NCBI GenBank assembly: GCA_002499545.1 | Contig: DAME01000025.1 | Coordinates: forward strand, 6,911 to 70,910 | DNA from: Euryarchaeota archaeon UBA88 | GTDB lineage: Archaea; Thermoplasmatota; Poseidoniia; Poseidoniales; Poseidoniaceae | Reading direction: 5' to 3' | Length of the DNA stretch: 64,000 bases | Part shown: piece after piece, positions 37,056 to 47,035 of the stretch | Layout of the letters: each line of letters starts with the position of its first letter | Position numbering within the stretch: position 1 is the stretch's first letter | Made by a program: the position numbers and the translations under genes | The notes under the pieces: generated by a model | What the model was told of the DNA's origin: nothing | Seen by the model: only the letters and a program-made list of their open reading frames with translations | Databases searched by the model: none

Positions 37056-38039
37056 TTAAAGTAAATGTGAATTAACGGTAGTGTCGGCTTTACCGCCTTT
37101 GAGAACCGTCATAACAGCACTCGCAATATCTCGTCCAACGCGTGCTTGTGCTTCAAGAGTGGCCGCTCCGATGTGCGGTGTACCGTGGAAGTGGGGGTGC
37201 TGCACCAACTCATTTCCTTTTGGGACAGGTTCAGTTTCAAATACATCCAACGCTGCAGATGTGATTTGACCAGAACGAAGCGCTTCCAACAGCGCATCTT
37301 CGTCGACAATACCGCCTCGAGCACAGTTCACAATGTGGTTACCACACTTGATTCCATCGATGGACTTACCCGGCATCAAAGACATACGTTCAGCGTTCAC
37401 CAGATGGTGGGTTTCTTGATTATAATTGCAGTGAACCGAAATGTGTGTGCACGCTTGGAACAAGCTATCGACTTTCTTGTGAAGCGTCGTATTCTGGGCT
37501 TTGGCAACCTTCGGTGGAAGGTACGGGTCGTAGGTGTGCACTTCCATTCCAAGCAACTGGGCAACAGAGCCAACGCCTTGGGCGATACGTCCAAATCCGA
37601 TTAGACCTAGGTTTTTCCCCTGCAATTCAGTTCCCTTCATGGCTTTCTTTTCCCACTTTCCTTCACGCATACCCCTGTCCGAACGTGGAATGTGGCGAAT
37701 ACATGCAAGCAAATGACCAATCGTCAATTCGATAACGGATTGCGTTGATGCTCTTGGTGCGTTGACGACGGGTATATTCGCATCTGCAGCTGCCTGTAAA
37801 TCGATGTTATCAACGCCGACCCCTGCTCTGCCAATCACCTTGAGACGACGACCCGACTGCTGGATAATATCGGCTGGAAGTTTGGTAGCACTTCGAACGA
37901 TAATTGCATCAAAATCCGCAAGAGCACCTGCACGAAGATCCGCTGGTTCAATGAATTGTGAAACCACTTCATGCCCCGCTTTTTCCAACAATGCAATCGC
38001 ATCGTTTGCCATCCCGTCCGTGACCGCAATCCTCGCCAT
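37056..38039 (-). CDS. D-isomer-specific 2-hydroxyacid dehydrogenase (short SerA-like 3-phosphoglycerate dehydrogenase / glyoxylate reductase family)
   Basis: NAD-binding GLIGFGRIAQGVGS, catalytic R/E/H positions (NCARGGIVDE...HIGAAT). 327 aa from MARIAVTDG. Confidence 0.75.
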   Translation of the reverse strand: MARIAVTDGMANDAIALLEKAGHEVVSQFIEPADLRAGALADFDAIIVRSATKLPADIIQQSGRRLKVIGRAGVGVDNIDLQAAADANIPVVNAPRASTQSVIELTIGHLLACIRHIPRSDRGMREGKWEKKAMKGTELQGKNLGLIGFGRIAQGVGSVAQLLGMEVHTYDPYLPPKVAKAQNTTLHKKVDSLFQACTHISVHCNYNQETHHLVNAERMSLMPGKSIDGIKCGNHIVNCARGGIVDEDALLEALRSGQITSAALDVFETEPVPKGNELVQHPHFHGTPHIGAATLEAQARVGRDIASAVMTVLKGGKADTTVNSHLL

Positions 38040-38128
38040 GTATCCTAATGTGGCTCCGAAGGACATCAACCTTAGCCTACGGAGTTGAAACTACCCGATG
38101 TTTGAAACACCCCAACGGTTTGGCATAG

Positions 38129-39283
38129 TTGAGGTCAATGTCCGCTATCGATACCAATGCACTGATTTGGGCGGCGGGGTTGTTGTCCATCCCGTTGTTG
38201 CTAGCGGTCCCGATGAAAATCGCATGGCGATTTTTCATTGGGGTGGGGCACGAAGCATCACAGTATCGCAGCACTGTATTGCAAATAATCGATGCAGGGC
38301 GCCAGGTTGCACCGTTCAGGGCAACCCTTGATGATATCTCCCGAAGCCTTCACATTCGTCCAAGTCATCAACGTTTAATCGAAGCGGACTTGTTCCATCC
38401 ACTGACTGTATCGCACTTTCTCTTGTTGCCAGCGATTATCATATTTCCACTCGCCGTCATCATGGCGCTCCCCGTAATCCTGATTGGATTCCCAATATTA
38501 CTGGTCATCGAAATCATACTGATTCGTCGAGGAGTGTTGGTATTTGCTCTCAAATCCATCGAGAAGATGATGCACTGGCAAATCATTCACATCCCAAAAC
38601 CGTACAGAGGATTGACCGAACAAAAGGCCAAGATGAATGAGTTTTCACAGCATGTCACTCATTTTAATCACGTACCGCAAGGAGCGTTTCTTGGACTCTT
38701 TGCATGGCTCATCGTTCACTGGACGTTGAACCTTGAGTCATGGGGGCTTGAGATCATCTTTTCATCGGGTCTGTACATCATACTGCTCGGATTACTGGGT
38801 GTATTGAACGCAGCATTTGAGGCCGACTTGGTATTTGTTGACCCATCCAAGGGTCGATTAGTACCTGTCGACCAGTGGTTGGAAAGTATCCTCAAGCCCT
38901 TGGTAGGAATTGGATTACTGTTCCTCACAGCTCGAAACCTCTTGGATGAGGCAAGAGATGGGAACGCCGTCTTATTTGCCGCGACTGTACTCTGTATCTT
39001 GTATGGAGCAGCCGTGGTAGGAATTTCATTCCGCTGGGGTTATTCTATTTGGCGTGGTTCAACTGTACGTGTTCAGTTCAGTGAGCAAGTCATTGAGCAA
39101 CTCAATCCCCTCTCCTATGACCTGACTCGGACCAAGGGACGAATTGAATTTCACGTAAGAATGGCAATGGGTGAACGAATGAACAGGATGCTGGAGGCGC
39201 CAGTCGAACAGTTAAGTTTCGCAGATTTACAGGAGTTGCCTTCAAGCGAGCATCGAGGGAAAATACCCGACAATCCTCTATGA
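38129..39283 (+). CDS. Hypothetical polytopic membrane protein
   Basis: 384 aa with about 7 predicted TM helices. No family recognised. Confidence 0.45.
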   Translation: MRSMSAIDTNALIWAAGLLSIPLLLAVPMKIAWRFFIGVGHEASQYRSTVLQIIDAGRQVAPFRATLDDISRSLHIRPSHQRLIEADLFHPLTVSHFLLLPAIIIFPLAVIMALPVILIGFPILLVIEIILIRRGVLVFALKSIEKMMHWQIIHIPKPYRGLTEQKAKMNEFSQHVTHFNHVPQGAFLGLFAWLIVHWTLNLESWGLEIIFSSGLYIILLGLLGVLNAAFEADLVFVDPSKGRLVPVDQWLESILKPLVGIGLLFLTARNLLDEARDGNAVLFAATVLCILYGAAVVGISFRWGYSIWRGSTVRVQFSEQVIEQLNPLSYDLTRTKGRIEFHVRMAMGERMNRMLEAPVEQLSFADLQELPSSEHRGKIPDNPL

Positions 39284-39994
39284 ACTCATTTCCCACGGGA
39301 TGACTTCTGGTATTTCACCGAAAAGGTTTGCAGGTAACGCTGTTTTTATTTTAGAAACCGAACCTAACCCGGCAGTCACTTCGTTTTGCCAAGCCTCAAA
39401 CTCTGGGAAGGAAGCCATAGAAAGTACTGGATTGTGTTCACGGTTCCAGTCCAGGGTTTGCATTTCAGTGCCCGGGGGGTCGTGGCCAGTGCAGACGAGT
39501 AGGTGGCCGTCAAGTTCTTTCAATTTCTTGAGAGAATCCCAATGGTCCTGAAGGCGACCGCTCGGGAGGTCATCTCGTCCTACGCCCCCTTTACCAGTGA
39601 ACAGGAAGTCACCAGTGAAGAGGTGCATTGGAGTTTCGATGAGCATGTGATCGTTGGTGTGACCGGGAACGTGGTGAGCCTTCAGGGAAAACGTTCCAAG
39701 CGCCACTGCTTCACCTTCGCTGAGGTACTTCGAGACGCCAAGACATGCAGTAGAATGCCACATGACATAGTCACACCCAGTTGTTTCGCGAAGTGAATAA
39801 CAGGCCGTAATGTGGTCTGCGTGAGTGTGGGTCGCCAGAGCATACTTCAACGTAGCACCTTTGGATTCTATAACTTCAAGGTACGTACCCATGAAATCAT
39901 ACACTGGGTCGATGAGAAGAGCCGAAGAAGATTCTTCATCGATAAGCAGGTAGGTCTTGGCCCACCCAGTCGCATTGAGTTGTTCAAAGTACAT
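39278..39994 (-). CDS. MBL-fold metallo-hydrolase (glyoxalase II-like)
   Basis: HTHADHITAC (HxHxDH), downstream HVPGHT and GD/H ligands. The ATG at 39994 gives a 239-aa protein; the track ORF is 27 codons longer. Confidence 0.75.
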   Translation of the reverse strand: MYFEQLNATGWAKTYLLIDEESSSALLIDPVYDFMGTYLEVIESKGATLKYALATHTHADHITACYSLRETTGCDYVMWHSTACLGVSKYLSEGEAVALGTFSLKAHHVPGHTNDHMLIETPMHLFTGDFLFTGKGGVGRDDLPSGRLQDHWDSLKKLKELDGHLLVCTGHDPPGTEMQTLDWNREHNPVLSMASFPEFEAWQNEVTAGLGSVSKIKTALPANLFGEIPEVIPWEMSS

Positions 39995-40050
39995 GAAATT
40001 ACGATACCGCACATGTACTTGAACAATACGATTGAATCCTTTCCTGTACT

Positions 40051-40809
40051 GTGCGTGCGAGCATTGATGAGACACGCCTAAGACGCATTGTCATGCAGCC
40101 TACTGAAGTGGTCCACTTGGAACACGATGGAAAGGTCTTACTTGTTGATCAAAACGGTCACGGACCCCTGATTCCTATCGCTGGTAGAACTTCGGCTGAC
40201 CAAGTATTGCGTTTCCCTACCCCAGCAGAAGTTGACGCGCTGGGGATAGAGTGGAAGAAAATCCGTGAAACTCGAATTGTTTTCGGAACGATGGTACATT
40301 GTGTGCTCAAGGGATACCCAAAAATCGAATGGCCAAAGCATTGGGCTTGGAAAGATGCCCTCATTGCTGATAATTCGGTTGACCCAGTAGCACGAGAAGC
40401 AATTTACCGTTCGCTGCACCGACTTGTTTCAAAGGTCATGATCTGCAACGATGCAGGAGAAGTGCTCATGGGAAAGGTAGAACGTGGACATTTCCATGGA
40501 TTTTGGACGCTACCTGGCGGCTACATGGATCATGATGAGCATCCAAGCACCGGCTGTGTTCGCGAGACGTTCGAAGAACTTGGATTAAGTCTCATCCTTG
40601 AGAACAGCGAGCCTGTGGTCACCCAAAAAATATTCACCGATGAAGGAATCTCATTCGTATCGTTTACATACCGTTCGAAATGGAACGGCAACTTCGACGA
40701 ACTTCGTTTGCAAACAGAAGAAATTTCGGAAGTGAAATGGTTCTCCCCAAAAGATGCTATTGAGGCAGCAGTATCACATTTTGACAGCGAGGCACTGCGG
40801 ACTTTGTGA
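40051..40809 (+). CDS. Nudix hydrolase with an N-terminal accessory domain
   Basis: Nudix box GGYMDHDEHPSTGCVRETFEELGL (Gx5Ex7REUxEExGU). Alternative start at 40093. Confidence 0.7.
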   Translation: MRASIDETRLRRIVMQPTEVVHLEHDGKVLLVDQNGHGPLIPIAGRTSADQVLRFPTPAEVDALGIEWKKIRETRIVFGTMVHCVLKGYPKIEWPKHWAWKDALIADNSVDPVAREAIYRSLHRLVSKVMICNDAGEVLMGKVERGHFHGFWTLPGGYMDHDEHPSTGCVRETFEELGLSLILENSEPVVTQKIFTDEGISFVSFTYRSKWNGNFDELRLQTEEISEVKWFSPKDAIEAAVSHFDSEALRTL

Positions 40810-43659
40810 TCAAAGACCGAGACTCGTTCGCGCAGCGGTCAATGCATCGTTTAATCCGTCGGGATTAGACCCTCCGCCTTGAGCCAGAGTGGGACGACCC
40901 CCACCTCCACCGTTGATATGATGCGCTATCGCACGAAGTAAATCTACGGCATTGTAACGCTCAGATGCGGCGGTGTTTTCAGTGACTGCAATCATTAACT
41001 TCCCGCCACCTTCTCGAGAACCGAGTACGGCAAGGGTTGGCGTAGATGCATCAAGCGTCAATTCCTTGAGCATCTTGGTCATCTTTTTCAGGTCGCCCGT
41101 GACTTCCATGACTACGATTCGAACGCCGTCAATATCGTGAGAGTCATCACCGCCGCCCTGCGTTCGCAAACGAACAATTTCAGCTTCCAATTGCTGGATT
41201 TGCTTACGTTGGTCTTTCCATTCATTGTAGAAACGCTCGGTTGTTTTGGGTAGTTCTGAAACTGGTATCCCGTAAACATCACTGGCCTTTCGAAGCAATT
41301 CATCTTGCTCACGAGCATAGTCCAGCGCTGCCTGACCCGCAACGATGTGGAGGCGTTCAACTCCATCTTGAACGGCTGAAGAGCGAATGACTCGGATGGA
41401 ACCAATCTGGCCAAGTTCGTCGTGGTGCGTTCCACCACATGCTTGGATATCGTGGTCTGCGATTCGTAAAATACGGATTGAATTTCCTTTCGGAGCACCT
41501 CCTTGGTACAAGTCAAATCCGTACTTCTTATCGGCATCTTTACGGTTCAATTCCGTCTTTTCTGTACGTTGAATCTTACCGAGAACATCGTTAGCAATCC
41601 CTTCAATCGCATCGAGATCATCTCGCCCAAGACGACGGAAATGCGTAATGTCAAGACGACCAGATTCAATCGACTTGTTTGAACCAGCTTGGTAAATGTG
41701 CGGGCCGAGAATTCGACGAGCAGCGCCTCCTACAATGTGGACAGATGTATGATGATCCATCAATTGCTTTCGACGATTCCAATCCAATCGACCATGAACT
41801 AAATCACCAATCTCGAATGGACCAGAAGTGAGGTGAATGATGTGTTGGCCCTGTTTACGTGTGTTGAGAATTTGGTGATGAACTGAATCGGTGGAAAGCG
41901 AACCGTAATCGCCTTCTTGGCCGCCACCTTCGGGGTAAAAACACGTCTTGTCCAACACCACACCGTGTGTAGCCCCAGCAGGATGGTCATCACCGATGAG
42001 CGGATGGCAGGAAAGGACGCTTGCATCGAATTCTTTCTGTTGCACATCGTCGTAATAAAGCGGCACAGTTGTTGGAATGTTATCCATCACTTCAACGATG
42101 GTTTTAGCTTCAACACTTTGAGCGGCTTTTTTGGCTATTCGTGCGTGCCGTTCAGCCATCTCAGCGGCAAATCCAGTTCGAACTTGTACGTTATTCCAAC
42201 CGGCAGAACGAGCCAAATTGACAACCGTATCAGGAGCCAAACCATGTGAATCATTGAGTTGGAACAACACTTCATCGGGTATCGTTTCAACGTCTTTTGC
42301 AAAGTGCTGTAACTGGGTTACAATCACGTTACCACCTTTACGAATCATTTCGCCGTAGCGTTCTTCTTCCAGTTGAAGAATTCCAAGAATTCCATCTGGG
42401 GACTGCTTCATTGTCTGACCAGCGAGATTGACTTCCAAGTGATGCCGACCGAGTTCTGCCAGTGAGACTTTCAGACCGAGGTCGTCTCGAAGCCGAAGAG
42501 TTCTGCGGGCGAGCATTCGAGCAAGGTACCCCGCTTTCGCATTCGAGGGAACAAGTCCGTCACCGAGCATGTTCGAAAGAGCATGGAGATGATCGGGAAT
42601 AGCATAAATCTTCGATAACGGTTCTGTAACTGCAGAAAATTGTTCCACTGTAACCGTAACTCCACGTTCCGAAAGTCTACGAATGAACGTAGAACGTAGT
42701 TCTTCAGCATCTACGCCCGGCTCGATGTTCATGATACCGTTGAGACGACTCATTTCACCCAGTAGCTTGTTGAGGTTAAGCGACGGCCACTTCGAAGTAA
42801 TCGATTCAAAACCAGCCAATTCTTTGAGCCAAGCTACCGTCTCTGGATAAATTGCCTCGTAAATCGTAGGTGTCCCGGCTGCAGCCCAGCAAAAGCGTTC
42901 CAATCCATACCCCGTGTCAATGATTTGAAGCGGCATTTCCCTGTAGAAGTCACCTTTGAGTTCGATGTCCCCCTCAGGATGTTCTTCTAAGTTCATGAAC
43001 ACGAGGGTTGCGAGTTCAAGTCCACCAACAATGACTTCAACCGCTGCGCCAGCATTGCCCCCACCTGACCATGGGTTCTCAACATAGGTGATTTCTGAAG
43101 TGTCGATTCCAAAGGTTCCAGTCATCAAGTCATGGCAGTATTGAACACATTCTTCCATCCAATAATACAACTTACCTTCCTGTGGGCGGTTGAATGCGTG
43201 ATGTGCCATCATTTCAAACGTAGTCAGGTGACGGCCTGAGCGGCCGACAGCGTCTACATCCGTCAGACGGATACACGGCTGTGATATCGTCAACGGATTC
43301 GCCGGAGGTTCTACCTCTCCCGATGTGACATGCGGTTGGAAATCTGCAATTGATGCGATGGTCAAGTGGATATCGTCTCGCCAACGTGCTAAGACGGGAT
43401 AGGGGTGAATACGTGTATGGTTGACACGCTCGAAGAACTGAAGAAATGATTCTCGCATAGCGTCCTTCAATGCTTTTCCTCGCATTGGATAGCCTTCGAT
43501 GAGCGGTGCTCCGATGAACGTGTATTCATCCTCAGTCGTATCACCACAGGTTTCCCGAACTGGATCTGTCGTCCAAAACCACAAGTCCGTAATACGGCAT
43601 TTCTTACGGCTGTACCCCTCGTTTCGAAAAACGGCTAAATCAATTGGTGGCAATCCCAT
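40810..43659 (-). CDS. alaS: Alanyl-tRNA synthetase (archaeal type)
   Basis: N-terminal RNEGYSRKKCRITDLWFWTTDPVRETCGDTTEDEYTFIG matches the archaeal AlaRS N-terminus. Editing-domain HxxxH (HHTSVHIVGG) and a C-terminal DHH-like domain are present. The track ORF begins 29 codons upstream; M30 at 43659 is the likelier start. Confidence 0.88.
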   Translation of the reverse strand: MGLPPIDLAVFRNEGYSRKKCRITDLWFWTTDPVRETCGDTTEDEYTFIGAPLIEGYPMRGKALKDAMRESFLQFFERVNHTRIHPYPVLARWRDDIHLTIASIADFQPHVTSGEVEPPANPLTISQPCIRLTDVDAVGRSGRHLTTFEMMAHHAFNRPQEGKLYYWMEECVQYCHDLMTGTFGIDTSEITYVENPWSGGGNAGAAVEVIVGGLELATLVFMNLEEHPEGDIELKGDFYREMPLQIIDTGYGLERFCWAAAGTPTIYEAIYPETVAWLKELAGFESITSKWPSLNLNKLLGEMSRLNGIMNIEPGVDAEELRSTFIRRLSERGVTVTVEQFSAVTEPLSKIYAIPDHLHALSNMLGDGLVPSNAKAGYLARMLARRTLRLRDDLGLKVSLAELGRHHLEVNLAGQTMKQSPDGILGILQLEEERYGEMIRKGGNVIVTQLQHFAKDVETIPDEVLFQLNDSHGLAPDTVVNLARSAGWNNVQVRTGFAAEMAERHARIAKKAAQSVEAKTIVEVMDNIPTTVPLYYDDVQQKEFDASVLSCHPLIGDDHPAGATHGVVLDKTCFYPEGGGQEGDYGSLSTDSVHHQILNTRKQGQHIIHLTSGPFEIGDLVHGRLDWNRRKQLMDHHTSVHIVGGAARRILGPHIYQAGSNKSIESGRLDITHFRRLGRDDLDAIEGIANDVLGKIQRTEKTELNRKDADKKYGFDLYQGGAPKGNSIRILRIADHDIQACGGTHHDELGQIGSIRVIRSSAVQDGVERLHIVAGQAALDYAREQDELLRKASDVYGIPVSELPKTTERFYNEWKDQRKQIQQLEAEIVRLRTQGGGDDSHDIDGVRIVVMEVTGDLKKMTKMLKELTLDASTPTLAVLGSREGGGKLMIAVTENTAASERYNAVDLLRAIAHHINGGGGGRPTLAQGGGSNPDGLNDALTAARTSLGL

Positions 43660-43777
43660 GTGACATACCTCCCGAAGGGAACATACATTCCACTGCCCAC
43701 CAGCCTTCAAACCTTGTGGGTCATCTCTACATGAAAACGAGAACAATGCTCAAAGGTAAACCCCACAAGCAGCAGGC

Positions 43778-45253
43778 ATGACCGAAGACTGGCGCAAGTA
43801 TCTATCGTCACTCGATGATGGCACCATGCGCATCAAGGCGCACGGGTCGATGAAAGTCGATGCACGGTTGATTACAGACCGTCAGCATCTGGACAATCAT
43901 GCAGATGACAGAGGTCCTGAGCAACTCATCAATGCTGCAAGCCTACCTGGGATTGTCGGTGAAGCATGGGGTATGGCTGACTGGCATTTTGGCTATGGGT
44001 TACCAATCGGTGGCGTGATTGCTACCGATATCAATGACGGAGAACTCGGTGGTGCAGTCTCGCCAGGTGGTGTTGGTTTTGACATCAATTGCGGTGTTCG
44101 AATGCTTGCGTTGGATGCGACCGAAAGCGACATTCCAAATCTAAAAAAATTGGCCGGAAGACTCGCTGGAAGAGTTCCTGCGGGTGCATCAGGAAAGGGT
44201 GGATTATCCATCACTTCGTCGCAATTAGATGAACTCATAGTCGGCGGCGCTCAAGCCGCCTCGGAACTTGGGTTTGGTTACGATGAGGATTTGAAGCATA
44301 TCGAATCCAACGGCGTGCTTGATTCAGAGGGGTCAGATATCAGTCATCGAGCCAAAGAGCGTGGCTTACGAGCTCTTGGAACTCTCGGCAGTGGTAACCA
44401 CTTTTTAGAATTACAAACGGTTGGAAAGACCGTCGACAAGGAGACTGCTGAAGCATGGGGGTTGTATGATGGGCAACTTGTCGCCATGATTCATTCCGGT
44501 TCAAGAGGGCTCGGGCACCAAGTGTGCAGTGACCATGTACGGGCATTAGAACGACGTTACAAGCAACGCGGATCTGTCTGGGTAGAGGAAGAATGGGGTT
44601 TTGAGATTCAAGACCGACAACTCGCATCGGCCCCATTTCATTCTGACGAAGGCCAGGCCTATTTCCGAGACATGAATGCTGCAGCTAATTTTGCATTTGC
44701 AAACCGAAGTGCATTAGCGCACAGGCTTCGAGAAGTTCTCCGTTTGGAACTTGGAGTTGATGGCGAAGCTCGGACCTTGTACGATGTATCTCACAACATT
44801 GCCAAAGTGGAAACACATACAATCCATGGGTCGTCTTGTGTTTGTTGCGTTCATCGAAAGGGTGCAACCCGTGCCTTCAGTGGAGACAGTCCAGAGTTAG
44901 CGTCGATGGAGCATTCTCTTGGACAGCCGGTGTTGATTCCTGGAGATATGGGGACTGGTTCGTGGTTGATGGCAGGCCCAAAGCAGGGTCAAAACATAGC
45001 CTTTGGTTCGTCGTGCCACGGTGCTGGAAGAGCACTCTCACGTACCAAAGCGAAGCAAACCATAGATGGAAAAGCACTCAAACTCGAACTTGAACAGAAA
45101 GGAATTCGGATACATGCATCGACTCCGAACGTTCTCTCTGAGGAAGCCCCAAGCGCCTACAAGGATGTCGATGAGGTCATTGACTTGACCCACAAAGCGG
45201 GACTTGCTCGACCAGTCGTTCGACTAAGCCCGCTTGCAGTCATCAAAGGATGA
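43778..45253 (+). CDS. rtcB: RtcB RNA-splicing ligase (3'-phosphate/5'-hydroxyl tRNA ligase)
   Basis: SLPGIVGEAWGMADWHFGYGLPIGGV, GGVGFDINCGVR, GSGNHFLELQ and SCHGAGR are all RtcB active-site signatures. 491 aa. Confidence 0.9.
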   Translation: MTEDWRKYLSSLDDGTMRIKAHGSMKVDARLITDRQHLDNHADDRGPEQLINAASLPGIVGEAWGMADWHFGYGLPIGGVIATDINDGELGGAVSPGGVGFDINCGVRMLALDATESDIPNLKKLAGRLAGRVPAGASGKGGLSITSSQLDELIVGGAQAASELGFGYDEDLKHIESNGVLDSEGSDISHRAKERGLRALGTLGSGNHFLELQTVGKTVDKETAEAWGLYDGQLVAMIHSGSRGLGHQVCSDHVRALERRYKQRGSVWVEEEWGFEIQDRQLASAPFHSDEGQAYFRDMNAAANFAFANRSALAHRLREVLRLELGVDGEARTLYDVSHNIAKVETHTIHGSSCVCCVHRKGATRAFSGDSPELASMEHSLGQPVLIPGDMGTGSWLMAGPKQGQNIAFGSSCHGAGRALSRTKAKQTIDGKALKLELEQKGIRIHASTPNVLSEEAPSAYKDVDEVIDLTHKAGLARPVVRLSPLAVIKG

Positions 45254-45439
45254 TTACATGCAGTAATTGTTCGGCGGCTGACCTGGAATGGTCGGAGCTG
45301 AACCGCTGTGCACCCCATCTGGTTCTTCGCAAATAACGCTCAATAACGTATTCACGAGGTCTTTCAATTCATCAACTTGGCTCTGGAGATCTCGCACTTG
45401 CTTGCGCATCTCCCCTTTCGTGTTTAGCTCTCGCTCCAT
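45254..45439 (-). CDS. Small coiled-coil hypothetical protein (61 aa)
   Basis: Track ORF with a heptad-like sequence (KQVRDLQSQVDELKDLVNTLL). Its stop abuts the rtcB stop. Weak support. Confidence 0.22.
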   Translation of the reverse strand: MERELNTKGEMRKQVRDLQSQVDELKDLVNTLLSVICEEPDGVHSGSAPTIPGQPPNNYCM

Positions 45440-45561
45440 ATTATCCCATCCGGAGAAGTTGCCTTCTCCATTTTTTGATTTGTAAAAAACGACTTATAGC
45501 CTTTGAGGCAAACTCTGGTTCCAAGCAGCGAATTTGGTGTCGAAAAGAACACGCGAAGCGG

Positions 45562-45567
45562 TTATAT
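45562..45567 (+). promoter_or_regulatory. TATA box for tRNA-Thr
   Basis: TTATAT centred about 29 nt upstream of the tRNA 5' end, with a purine-rich BRE-like CGAAGCGG just upstream. Confidence 0.4.
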
Positions 45568-45593
45568 CACACCGGTTTGTCGCCAGCATTACT

Positions 45594-45665
45594 GCCACCG
45601 TGGCTTAGCGGTATAGCACCTCATTGGTAATGAGGAGGTCGCGAGTTCAATTCTCGCCGGTGGCT
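45594..45665 (+). tRNA. tRNA-Thr(GGU): tRNA-Thr (anticodon GGU)
   Basis: Hand-folded cloverleaf: acceptor GCCACCG/CGGUGGC, D-loop AGCGGUA, anticodon stem CCUCA/UGAGG with loop UUGGUAA, T-arm GCGAG-UUCAAUU-CUCGC, discriminator U. No intron and no encoded CCA. Confidence 0.85.
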
Positions 45666-45709
45666 CTTCCTCTGCGACGCAGCATGCACACTGCTCAAAG
45701 ATGTTGAGG

Positions 45710-45792
45710 CGCCGAGAGAGAGATTTGAACTCCCGAGGGACAGGCCCACGCGATTTCCAGTCGCGCGCACTACCAGGCTATGCGATCTCGGC
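45710..45792 (-). tRNA. tRNA-Ser(GGA): tRNA-Ser (anticodon GGA) with long variable arm
   Basis: Acceptor GCCGAGA/UCUCGGC, 3-bp D-stem with long D-loop, anticodon stem CGCGA/UCGCG with loop CUGGAAA, 14-nt variable arm UGGGCCUGUCCCUC, T-arm GGGAG-UUCAAAU-CUCUC, discriminator G. A TATA-like TTTAAC lies about 29 nt upstream. Confidence 0.85.
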
Positions 45793-45901
45793 TTATCTTC
45801 ATCGACCGGACTCCACCGTTTAACGCTCACCCTTGAACAGTCTCATGGAGGCAAGACAAATCGTGCGAAAGAACTCAAAGGTGGAGCGTTTACGGTAGAG
45901 T

Positions 45902-47035
45902 ATGTCGGAGCAGGCAGTTACTGCCGAACTGGTTGACGAAAGTCACGATGTATTACCGCTTCGGCTAAGAGATGTAAAACCATTTTACAATTTTGCCCAA
46001 TTTCATCCCGTCGCTGAATCAATTGACCGAATTCAATCAGAACTCAGATTCAAAGGGAAACTCGCTGCCAAAGAATGGGATCAACAGTACTGGCTGACCC
46101 TGATAATGGGTGTAGTAGCCTTCTTGCTCGGTTCGGTTTCGCCTGAAATTTTCTCAGGTGGATCGCCAGACGATACTGGGATTCAAGGATTGGAAGTCAT
46201 CGGTGGGTTTGCATTCTTCCAAATGCTCGTTTCCATAGTGATTTGGGGTTGGTTCATATTACAAATTGCTCGTATGTTTCCCATCATGCGCGTCCATTCA
46301 ATTTCGCTGCTGGTCTTCTGGAATGCCATCGTAATAGCCCAGTTAATGTTTCATCAGAATCAAATGAATTTCCCAGTTGGTGCATCTGTTTCCGACATGC
46401 TTGGTGGTACACTGGTTACCTTGACAGTTGTATTTTTCATCTACTTTTTTTGTAAAGCAGTCGTCGAAACTCGGGACCTCCACGTTGAAGAATACCACGT
46501 TCATGAGGACGTTCGTGTCATGGAAACTGAAATGGCTGAACATTCACTGATGGGCTGGGGTGTGATTTGTGTGGCGTGGTTCTTCCTCATCAGCGTCTCA
46601 GCGTGGTCTGGAGCAAATTTTGTATCCGAACGGGGTGGTGAACGGATTGGCAGCTATTCTGTTCACATCATCACTGGGCTCCTCTCACTTCCAATATTCC
46701 TCATGATGGTGTGGTACCCTCATCGCATGCTTGGAACGGATGTTCGCGTTACAACCAAAGCAGCATTGCGTGCTGAGAGTCAGATGCAAGACAGTACCGT
46801 AGCAACTACCTCGACTGCGTCTATATGCCCTGAGTGTGAGGCTGCTGTTCCGATTGTACGAGACAAGCTCGGCCAGATTCAGTTGCCATGCCCGACAGAG
46901 GGATGCACTGGATTTGATACAGCTGGTAAAAAATGTCCGCAGTGCACGACCACAATCCCGACGCGGTACGATTGCCCAAAATGCGGAATCAATGCACCGG
47001 TACTTGACTTCATTTCAGATTCGGAGGCATGGTGA
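45902..47035 (+). CDS. Polytopic membrane protein with three C-terminal zinc-ribbon motifs
   Basis: 377 aa with about 6 TM helices. C-terminal CPECEAAVP...CPTEGC...CPQCTTTIP...CPKCG. No family recognised. Confidence 0.5.
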   Translation: MSEQAVTAELVDESHDVLPLRLRDVKPFYNFAQFHPVAESIDRIQSELRFKGKLAAKEWDQQYWLTLIMGVVAFLLGSVSPEIFSGGSPDDTGIQGLEVIGGFAFFQMLVSIVIWGWFILQIARMFPIMRVHSISLLVFWNAIVIAQLMFHQNQMNFPVGASVSDMLGGTLVTLTVVFFIYFFCKAVVETRDLHVEEYHVHEDVRVMETEMAEHSLMGWGVICVAWFFLISVSAWSGANFVSERGGERIGSYSVHIITGLLSLPIFLMMVWYPHRMLGTDVRVTTKAALRAESQMQDSTVATTSTASICPECEAAVPIVRDKLGQIQLPCPTEGCTGFDTAGKKCPQCTTTIPTRYDCPKCGINAPVLDFISDSEAW